From Dipteris shenzhenensis (taxonomy: Eukaryota), in the NCBI GenBank assembly GCA_047967505.1, contig CM106538.1: 64,000 nucleotides of DNA, one strand, 5' to 3'. The translations under genes were made by a program, and so were the position numbers. The notes beneath the pieces are model-generated. The model was not told where the DNA came from and did no database searches. It saw only the letters and a list, made by a program, of their open reading frames with translations. This document shows positions 13,886 to 23,833 of the stretch, one piece after another. Every line of letters starts with the position of its first letter. Positions within the stretch are counted from its first letter, which is position 1.

Positions 13886-16410
13886 CCATTTGATGTGGCT
13901 CCAATCTATAGGATATGCCTGATTGTGAGAATAATTGATAATTTGAGGGTTTGAAAACGGTTTCTTTGCTTTGTACATGCATCCTTGTGTTATGATTTTG
14001 CTTGATATGCGCTCGAAGTTGAATTGAATCTATAATTGTTCAGTGATGTTTAGGTGAACAGTAGTTAAATTACGTTAGCTCCATAATATGTGGTGTGATA
14101 CAGGGACTTGAACATGTTTGGATAATGAAGAACGGTTGCATGCATTATTTGTGACAGAAAGTATCTTGTGGAATAGGAGTTATTGTGGGAAGAAAATTGA
14201 AGCAAACGGATTTGTTGCACTCATAGCAGGTGCTACTTTGCAACTTTATGGAGCACATATGGTAGATGTGGGGCATAATAAATACATGTTCATAGCTGGA
14301 AACAACAGGCATGTACATTGTAAACGTAAGCATGCAATCAATCATATTGTTGAGTCGTAAAACATATGATACCCTTGGGAACTTACCTTTCGTGACCCCA
14401 ATTACTACAAATTAGATAGCCACATCAAATAGAAACTTCCCCTTAGGGGCAATAACTTTGTAATGCCTGACTAATGTTTCATGAACCTCCAAGCTCCCTC
14501 GCATAGTATAATATTTGTAATTGTATGTTAAATCTTGGGGGACTGTAGTTCATAATTTCTTCTTGTTGAATCACTGATGCGCTCGTTATTTTGTCTTTGT
14601 AGGGCAATGTTCTTACCAGGGCACTTTGCTCTTGATGTGCTTGATTGGTGCATCATATCCCAAACTCTCGTTCAATTGAGTGTGTGTCTAAGTGCAGGCA
14701 AATTCTCTCTAATTATATGTACTCACAAAGATCAAAACAGCTCATTGATGTATAATGTGTGCTTAACTTGAGGTATAGAAAAGATAAAGCTTTATTGCAC
14801 TCTAGACCTTAATGGATAGTGCCCTTGAGATTCCCATAAGAAGTTTCTTGTCAGATTTGTTTTTTGTTAGAGGGGAATGCCACTCTACGAGGGATGATAG
14901 ACTAGTTAGTCTCTTAAATTTTATGGTACATTATTATCTCCTACTCAGGGGCAATAACAAGAAGCTTGGAAGATTAAAAATGTTGGCTCAGTCAAAGGAG
15001 AGATCTTTCCAATGCCTTTCGCAAAGGGTTTGAAAAGTGAGAGGTTGAAGAATGATAGCATTGAAGAGAGAGTTCCCCTAACTTTTAATGTCTCATGGTT
15101 TCCCTTTTGACTTTGCTTGTTATAGTGCAACATTTGAGTTTGTTGGCTACCCAAGTAGGCTAGGTAGTGGCCTAGGAATGGTCATGTGTTTCACGTTTGT
15201 AGGAGGATAAGTGGTTTCAACAACCTTTGATTGGTCATCGATGTATTTTGGATTGGGTAGCAAGGAAAGCAAGCATTGCCTCAAATTGTAAGACTTGCTC
15301 TAGTTTGGAGAGGTAGTCAACTATTCTCTCATCACCCTAGGGCTCCAGGGGCATGAGGATCTCGAGGGTGTGTATCTAAATTTTTTGTTTGTGGACTTAG
15401 CTCCAAAGGTGGTTTTAGGGGTCAGATGATTCTAGTTGATCTCTTGTGAGCCTATCACAAAAGTTGTACCTTAATGAGCACTCTTCCAAGTTGACTAATT
15501 CGCATGTTGGGCCCATTGACTCAATCATACGAGACATGATCTCACGATAGATTCATAAGTCAAATAGCTCTAGAAATAATGATATCATTGGCAAAAACCA
15601 TATGGGCAACTATTCAAGACATTTGCTAATTGGCAACCATACCCTATACATGTTTGCTTTTTTGTCCAAAACATGAGAATTAAGGTCTTTAGTGATTGGA
15701 AGATAGTCCAAGGGGACCTTCAAGTAATTCCAAGGCACAAGCACTAAAACACCCAATAGAAGCGCTATCTAGCCGAGGCATGGCCCTCATATGGATCAAT
15801 GATGAGGTTGAAGGTCGAAAAGCAAGGAAGATGTTAAGAATTTAGGAGGTCAGGGAGGCAAAGAGAGTTGTGAGGTGTGATGGGAATAGATGGAAAGAGG
15901 AGCAGGAGCCAATGGAGAGGTGGCGGAGTTGCATAATGGGGAGGAGGGGGCCAAGGGCACAAGCAGATGTGAAGGGGGGAGGGGGTGGCGGTGCTCATGA
16001 GGGAGACTTGTACAATGTGGGTGGGGGAGAAAGAGAAAGGGGTGGTTGTTGGGGGTTTGAAGAGGAGAGATTGGATAACAAGGGAAATAACTAGAGAAGT
16101 AAAGAAAGTGGGAGGACCAGGGGGAATCTTTGGGTGGAGTAAGAACCTCGGGTAGGATTCGACCATAAAATGATTCCCCAACCTACTTTGTGAGTGGGGA
16201 TGGGCTATATTGTATCAATAGCACTTGAAGCTAAAGTACAAAGCTCTCAAGAACTTCCTTGTATTAAGAAGAGGGCTATGGTGGGGGTTGAGAGTGGTAG
16301 CATAAGAGTTGGATCAAAGATCACCAATCAAAGTTTTGTGGAAAAGGCAAGAAGAAAGAGTGGAGAGGGAATACAAGGATGCTTAGGAGCACAAAAGGAG
16401 GGAAAACAAG

Positions 16411-16412
<2 letters not shown>

Positions 16413-16444
<32 letters not shown>
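16413..16444. repeat. (TA)n microsatellite
   Basis: About 16 AT units seen directly. Confidence 0.95.
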
Positions 16445-16447
<3 letters not shown>

Positions 16448-16451
16448 TGCG

Positions 16452-16640
16452 CCAAGAGTGGGGCAGGCTCGAAGTTGGGCTAGCGATAACATTAGTCTTT
16501 TTCCTTTAACATGTATCTAACTGGCTATGAGACGATTGAGATGGCTTGGCACTTGGCTCATAGCCAGTTAGAGACATGTTAAAGGAAAAAGACTAATGTT
16601 ATCGTCGCTAGCCCATCTTCGAAGGCTGCCCCACTCTTGG
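16452..16640. repeat. Long inverted repeat/hairpin (arms 16452-16531 and 16557-16640, 25-nt loop)
   Basis: The arms are reverse complements with 3 mismatches plus one 1-nt and one 3-nt indel (aligned by hand). Confidence 0.95.
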
Positions 16641-17418
16641 GACAACACTTATTTCATTAATTTTGGACTCATATGTCTACTTTTGGACTATTCCTTAAAA
16701 TCCTTCCCAAATGAAAAGTTTACTTTATGAAACTGTCATTCGAGAATCAAAAGTTTGCTTTCTGGCACTATCATTTTCACATAAGACATTTCAAAATCTC
16801 TCTCTACAATGTTGTACAAATAATGCAAAAACTACTATTAAATCCTCAATTTGTATTTCTTGTTTATAAGAATCATATTCTTAAAATAAAAAATCCGAGT
16901 TATTAGTTTAAATCCATGAAAAACCATGCTATTGAGGATTCACAACATTTTAAAAATGTATACATAAGAGACCTGTAAGACTCTTTTTACTTTCAATGCA
17001 GAAAACTATAACACTCTTGAATATTCAAGAAATTAAAAGGTTTATATAGACATGAGACATGATGGAAGCCTCTTTTGTACTCCAAAAAATAGCAATAGCT
17101 ATGCTTGCAATTTTACATTATCATGTCATAAGTTTTACAACAAATATTGCGCTGGATGAGTCTTTGTACAAAGGATCTCCTGTGGCCTTTTCAATAATTT
17201 AATTTTTCCTTTACAATGAGTTTAGTACAAATGGGTGATCCAAACATTTGCTTGTTTGAATGTCCTTTTCTATCATGATCACAGAAATGAGCGATCCAAA
17301 CATTTGCTTGTTCAGAATGTCCTTTCTGTCGTCACTTGTCGCTTGGGTGCCATCTTCATTCACTCTCATCTGACAACCACCACCACCTTCACTCTTTCTC
17401 GATATTTGAATGGTGTTA

Positions 17419-20400
17419 TCATGGGCATTCTTCATTTGCGCTATCTCCTTCTACTTCCTCCCGGGCGAGCATCTTTATGAACTCTGTAATGTGCATAATA
17501 ATTGGTTGCGGTAATTTTATTTTGTCTTCTACATCATACCCCATGTGCTTCTTTGTTTTCTTTGACCTTGATTTCCAGGATACTATGACTGTCTCTGTGG
17601 AAAGTCTTGAAATTGCTTCATGGTTTGGGACCCATTCCTTTTTCAGACAACTACTATACAATGTACTGTTATCTTGGTTCTCCTTCCTGCCCCTTGGCTC
17701 ATACCATACCGCTGTAAATGTTGTAGCTCTCCCCCGGTCATCCATGCTCACGTCAACTACTTTCGCAACCCAAAACTTCACGTTCTCATGTTCATCATCC
17801 GATGGTCGAATTGCAACAAAACAATGGACATCTATGTCTATTTGTGGCATAAACTCTCTCTTCTTGGGTCCACAATATGGACGTGGGAGCAACGATTCAA
17901 ACTCATTTTCAAAGAGACCACATGCTGGACGTAAGTCATTACCAACATTTGGCCAAAATAAAGGCCGTTCTACCTTAATATCATCTTCTCGCATTTTTGC
18001 AAGGTCCTTTATCAATTGGTAGGTCTTGCTAATTACAACAGTAGTGTGTTCCTTCCAAGAGGGCTTCCAATCAGGAAATCTCCGGAGCATTTCCTCTTTG
18101 TATGCAATAAAAGCTTTTAAGCCTTCTATTTCACCTTTGGATTTCTCGCTAAATTCTTTTATAGGAGCCCATGTTGGATGCATTTCTTTGCTCGGGATTG
18201 AAGTTAAGAGAGAGTAAGGTTCTTCAGGCTCCCATTTTGTATCAAGAGAATAGTGTTGCCATTGCATCACTGGTTTTTCATCCTTTAAGAAAAATCGAAA
18301 ATAGTGTGGAGCGCTATGACCTATCAGGGCATCACTACCTTTTTGTATGAAAGGTAGAATAAAGCTCTTCCAATCATACATCCTCTCAACCATTGAGCAT
18401 ATTGTTCCTTCCTTACGGCCACCAACTTGCCTCCCACATTTTCTTATCAAGTCATCCATTGTCTCCATGTCCTTGTGTTTTAGTTCTCTTGAAACTGTGC
18501 TAAATACTTGATCGATATCCTCATGTGTGTGCCCAACCAACAAAAACCCAACTTCAATCTCATTGAAGATTCTATGAGCGATTCGCATTGAGCAAAATGC
18601 AAAGAAGAGTACATTCTTATTCTCTCGTCCGCAATTGTCTGCTTGTACTCTCAAAGTTACTGGTAGGCGACCTTTTTCTGCATGTACATTGTGAATTGCC
18701 TTCATAACAGATGTTACAACTTGATTGCTATCGTGTAGATGCAAGGAATCAATCCATATGTCTGCAAAAAACTTAAATCCGTGCACTAACACTCCACATA
18801 GATGTGTCTTTAAAAAGTATTTGCCTTGTAGCTTAGGTGGAGTGTTAAAGAATCGAGGTAATGTTGTTGTATTTTGATCCATACCATCTACAATAATGCA
18901 CATGTACTCATTTGGGTGAGAAATAGCTTGCTCCTTCCAAAATGCATATTTTATTCTAGAATGTCGAACAAGTCCATGATGAAATTCTCTCTTTTTTTTG
19001 TAAGCTTCTTTTTGTTCTGGAGATGTTGCACTCTCAAGTGCTCGCTTTAGTTCATCACAGTCGTTGCACTTTGACATTTTTTTCTCTTTGGGATTTTAAC
19101 ATGTCCAAAGCTTTTTTTCCAAAGAGTATACAAAGTATGAAAAGATGCCGGTGCATGCCCTCTTTGCCTCTGTGTTTCTCCAATAGAGTTAAATACTTCT
19201 TTTTTGGTCAAACCTATCGAAAGATGCAGTTCTGATAGGTGGGGTTGCGGTAAAGCATTTTCATAAATGTAATCTTTCAAAATTGCTGTTGCCGCAACCG
19301 TTGAGGCTCTTGTTTTGGGCCTTTCTATGTTTCCATGAATGTTAAATTTAACTCTGTACTTTGCTTTATTAGCCAAATTCCAATATGTGCCATGTGATAA
19401 TCCTGTAATAATGCGATATGCATTATTGCATATACTTTTTCCATTTATAAGAGGCCTTATTTGATGTCCTGAACTTCGCCTTCTCTTATCATTTACAAGA
19501 AAGCAAGACAATCTCGTGAGTAGGTATTCATTTCTTCTGCTTCCTTTCCTTTGCCAGACATGTTCTCTACAACCCTTGATGTCATGTAAGTTAATGGATC
19601 GCATACATGTACGCTTACAGCATGTAGATCACATTGCTTTTAGCATAACATCTTCATTCATTACTCTTATTCTCTTTGGTTGCTTTTCTGGATCTGCCTA
19701 CACTCGTTGTCTTTTTATGCATCTGTATGTCTGTTTTGGGACCTTCTGTACATTCTTATTGGATTTGTGTAGTTCTCCTTGTAAGATTTATTTGTCACGT
19801 TGTTTTCATGAGATGTTGTATCCTTGATCTTATCACTCTGACAGTCAAATACTGAATATTCCTTTGTTGAGGTCATCCTTGCTTTTGATACATTCGTTAA
19901 ACCATTTGTAACATTTACAAGTTCACAATCAAAGTCAAACACCGAATAGTCCTTTGTTGATCTCATCCCTACTTTTGATACAATCGTAGAACCACTTGTC
20001 ACAATGGCATTAGAGTGTCCCGAATGATCTTCAAACTCATCTATTCCTGAGAGAACATCACTCATTGATGCACTTTCTATGGATTTCATAACTCCATAGT
20101 CAGTGGTGATAGAGTGTCCATAATGATCTTCAAACTCATCTATTCCTAAGAGAACATCGCTCAGTGATGCACTTTCTATGGATTTCATAACTCCATAGTC
20201 TTGAAACTCCTCTACTCCAGAGAGAACATCACTCATTATACTATCGTGCATGATTTCCATAATTCCATAGTTACCTGGTTTGACTCCAAGAACTTTATCA
20301 GTATCCATGAAGCCATCCATGCTTGAAAATATAACACTTTTGACATCTTTGCCCAAGTTCTCAATGTGCATGAATTCATCCACCCCGGATAAGGCATCAC

Positions 20401-21124
20401 TTGTGAAATATTTTTCTTTCTCGGTACCAATGAACTCATCGACTTCTGATAAGACGTAAGTGCTATAGTTGAGTGCATTGGAATCATCCATCTCTGAAGG
20501 AATAGAGCTTGGTACATTGGCATATTCTTTCAATTCTTTGATGTTGTAGTATACATTATGTTTATCATTAAAAACCACATGCCGAGTCTTTCCAATCTTT
20601 AAAAATTGCATGCTCCATCTCAAATCCTTACCTACCTCATAGTAGGGACCATCCAATGACATTGAGTTATCATCCATACCATCATCAGTAACTTTTTGAA
20701 TTCTCATCTGCGCAAATGTCCAGTGTTCCACTTGTTCAAATCCCAAGACTTGACATTCTGCTACATTCTTATTTGCAAATGATAACATTTGTAAAATATC
20801 TCCCACTCTAAAATCCAAAGATATGCACTTTGTATTCCTGATGACATGTGTTGGATAAGTCTCATCTCTGTCCCATGCAATAAATGCTTTGTTGGAAGTA
20901 TTATAGGGCATAACATCTCCAAGGCTTTCCATATCCCCACACTTATGCTTTAGCTCAACATGTGCACTAAGAATCCTTGATACGATAACCGCCACCTTAT
21001 CTTCGCAGAGTCTTCTAAAGTGACAAATAGAATTTGGATCACTTTCATGGATTGTAGCAAATGCAACTACTTCTCTTTTCCAACATAAAATCACCTCCAT
21101 CCCTGGAATAAATTTTGTAGCCAT
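17419..21124 (-). pseudogene. Degenerate ~1235-codon transposase (ORF pieces 19715-21178, 19047-19604, 17419-19077)
   Basis: Motifs CCKRTC, HGN, PQP..LHL and KCNDC, followed by IIVDGMDQ, QADNCGRENKN and FLLVGHTHEDIDQVFS (RNase H-fold D-D-D). The pieces are joined across 2 frameshifts (~19785, ~19080) and 2 stops (TAG ~19700, TGA ~19630). Confidence 0.8.
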
Positions 21125-21282
21125 CTCCTTTGTGAGTTTCCTTTGCAAACAAGCTGTAACAACCATTATAAAGAACATTAGTCTCTTCTCAATAATCTAC
21201 TTTATTAATGATTTAAAAATCTAGAACTTGTTTGAAAATTTAATCAGACACTAACCAATAACAACTGTAAACCAATAACAAC

Positions 21283-22055
21283 CCTAAACCCTAAACCCTA
21301 AACCAAAACAACCCTAAACCCTGAACCTTGAACCCTCAACCCTAACCAATAACAACCCTAAACCCTAAACCCTAACTCCAAAACCCTAAACTCTAAACCC
21401 TAAAACCTAAACCCTAACCCCCAAACCCTAAACCCTAAACCCTAACCCCCAAACCCTAGACCCTAACTCCCAAACCCTGAACCCTAAACCCTAACTCCCA
21501 AACCCTAAACCCTAAACCCTAAACCCTAACCCCCAAACCCTAAACCTTAAACCCTAACCCCCAAACCCTAAACCCTAACTAACTCCCAAACCCTAAACCC
21601 TAAATCCTAAACCCTAAACCCTAAACCCTAACCCCTAAACCTTAAACCCTAAACCTTAAACCCTAACTCCCAAACCCTAAACCCTAACCCCCAAACCCTA
21701 AACCCTAAACCCTAAATCCTAAACCCTAACCCCCAAACCCTAAACCCTAAACCCTACCCCCTAAACCCAAACCACCAAACTCTGAACCCTAACCCCCAAA
21801 CCCTGAACCCTAAACCCTAACCCTCAAACCTTGAACCCTAAACCCTAACTCCCAAACCTTAAACCCTAAACCCTAAACCCTACCCCCCAAACCCTAAATC
21901 CAAACCACCAAACCCTAAACCCTAACTCACAAACCCTAAACCCTAACCCTAACTCACAAACCCTAATTCCTAACTCACAAACCCTAAACCCTAAACCCTA
22001 ACTCACCAAACCCCAAACCCTGAACCCAAACCACGAAATCCTAAACCTTAAATCC
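21283..22055 (-). repeat. Interstitial telomere-like array, degenerate (TTTAGGG)n
   Basis: About 770 bp of CCCTAAA units on + with variants CCCTAACCCC, CCCTAACTC, CCTTAAA and CCCTGAA. Confidence 0.95.
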
Positions 22056-22133
22056 TATGAGTTTTTTCAGTAATATCATTTATTTAAGTAATAGTTTTAA
22101 TTAGAATTCATAAGTAATAGTGGAATTGATAGT

Positions 22134-22960
22134 TGGGAGGGTGGTAGTGGGAGAAAGGGAGAGTGGGAAAGTGGAGAAAGGGAGTGTGGGAGGGTGGTAG
22201 TGGGAGAAAGGGAGAGTGGGAGAGGGAGTGGGAATGGGGGCGGTGGGGGTGGGAGGATGGGAGTGGGAGTTGGAGAGGGAGTGGGAATGGGGGAGGTGGG
22301 GGTGGGGGTGGGAGATGGGAGTGGGAGTGGGAATGGGGGAGGTGGGGGTGGGGTGAGGGTGGGAGGATGGGAGTGGGAGTGGGAGTGGGAGGATGGGAGT
22401 GGGAGAGGGAGTGGGAATGGGGGAGGTGGGGGTGGAAGTGGGAGGGGTGAGGTGGGAGGATGGGAGTGGGAATGGGGGAGGTGGGGGGGTGGGAAAATGG
22501 GAGTGGGAGTGGGAGTGGGAGAGGGAGTGGGAATGGGGGAGGTGGGGGGGTGGGAAAATGGGAGTGGGAGTGGGAGAGGGAGTGGGAGGATGGGAGTGGG
22601 AGGGGTGGGGTGGGAGGATAAGGGTGGGAGAATGGGAGTGGGAGTGGGAATGGGAGTGGGAATGGGGGGCGGAGGGGTGGGGGTGGGAGGATGGGAGTGG
22701 GAGTGAGAGGTGGAGGTGGGAGGATGGGAGTGGGAGTGGGAATGGGAGTGGGAGAGGGAGTGGGAATGGGGGAGGTGGGGGTGGGGTGAGGGTGGGAGTG
22801 GGAGGGGTGGGGTGGGAGGATGGGAGTGGGAGAGGGAGTGGGAATGGGGAAGGTGGAAGAATGGGCATGGGAGTGGGAGTGGGAATGGGGGAGGTGGGGT
22901 GGGAGGATGGGGGTGGGAGTGGGAATGGGGTGGGAGGATGGGAGTGGGTGGGAGAGAGAG
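22134..22960 (+). repeat. G-rich degenerate (GGGAGT/GGGAAT/GGGAGGAT)n array
   Basis: About 830 bp of GGG runs separated by short spacers, with almost no C on the + strand. Confidence 0.95.
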
Positions 22961-23204
22961 AGAAGATAATCTAATAGAGAGGCCAATGGGAGAGGAGATA
23001 ATGTTATAGAAGGACCAATGAGAGAGAAGCACTTAAAACCCTAGTTTTTCTTATATATACTCTCCTTCTCTCATTGTTTCTCTCATTTCAACAAGGAAGA
23101 GCAAGAGGAGAAGCAAAAAGAGGAGGAAGAGCAAAAGCAAGCACAAGCAAGCACAAGCATAGATCTCAACTTTTTTTAAAATTTGTATTCTTTGAAATTT
23201 TATT

Positions 23205-23700
23205 ATAGAGAGAGAACTTAGAGAGAGAAAAGTGAAGGAAAGACTTTTAGAGAGAGATTATAAGAGAGAGAGAGTCTTGCTGCCTCGGCAGCAAAAGAGA
23301 GAGAGAGAGAAAGAGAGAGGGAGAGAGAGGAGAGACTTTTAGAGAGAGAGAAAGAGAGAAGAGAGACATTTAGAGAGAGAGGGTGAGAGGTAAAAGAGAG
23401 AGAGAGGGAGGGAGAGAGAGAGTGGGGAGAGAGAGAGAGAGAGGGGGGGGAGGTAGCTGCAGCCGCAGCGCGAGAGAGAGGGGGAAGGGAGAGAGGGGGG
23501 GCGAGAGAGAAAGGGGGGGAGAGAGAGAGAGAAGGGGGGGCCGATGCCGCGGCAGCAGGAGAGAGAGAGAGGGGGGGAGAGAGAGAGAGGGGCGGAGAGA
23601 GGGGAGAGAGGGGGGAGGCCGCTGCCGCGGCAGCGGAGAGAGGAGGGGAGAGAGAGGGGGGGGAGAGAGAGAGAGGGGGGGAGAGAAGGGGGGGGGTTTA
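23205..23700 (+). repeat. GA-rich polypurine tract with embedded GCTGCCGCGGCAGC-type palindromes
   Basis: (GA)n and G runs, with palindromic inserts at ~23277, ~23545 and 23619-23636 and a degenerate one at ~23457. Confidence 0.9.
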
Positions 23701-23833
23701 TTTGATGATTTGATATGTTATAAGTCTTTAAATTTTCTCCAAAATACATAAATAGGTTTAAATATAGGGCCTTAACCACATGTGGCAAGAGGAATTTCTT
23801 ATAGAGGGTGATGGCCTTGTGATTAGCCCTTGA

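Larger units (their letters stand above)
16445..23780 (-). mobile_element. Putative DDD-type (Sola-like/DUF7869-like) DNA transposon, boundaries approximate
   Basis: Transposase pseudogene, terminal hairpin, telomeric, G-rich and GA arrays lie between a (TA)n tract and LINE-like sequence. No TIR pair or TSD identified. Confidence 0.6.

Noticed and set aside
14800-16410. Possible minus-strand LINE endonuclease/5' remnant
   Set aside because: Composition is suggestive but I could not read a convincing motif.
16445-16640. Helitron 3' end
   Set aside because: No CTRR terminus, stem far longer than typical, and no Rep/helicase nearby.
17336-18022. 228-aa plus-strand ORF
   Set aside because: Antisense shadow of the transposase ORF with no recognisable motif.
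21283-22055. True chromosome end
   Set aside because: The array is degenerate, short and flanked on both sides by complex sequence.
22097-23788. Long Pro/His/Ser- and Gly/Trp/Glu-rich ORFs (up to 311 aa)
   Set aside because: Open in nearly all frames because the G-rich and GA arrays lack stop codons; these are low-complexity artefacts, not extensin-like genes.
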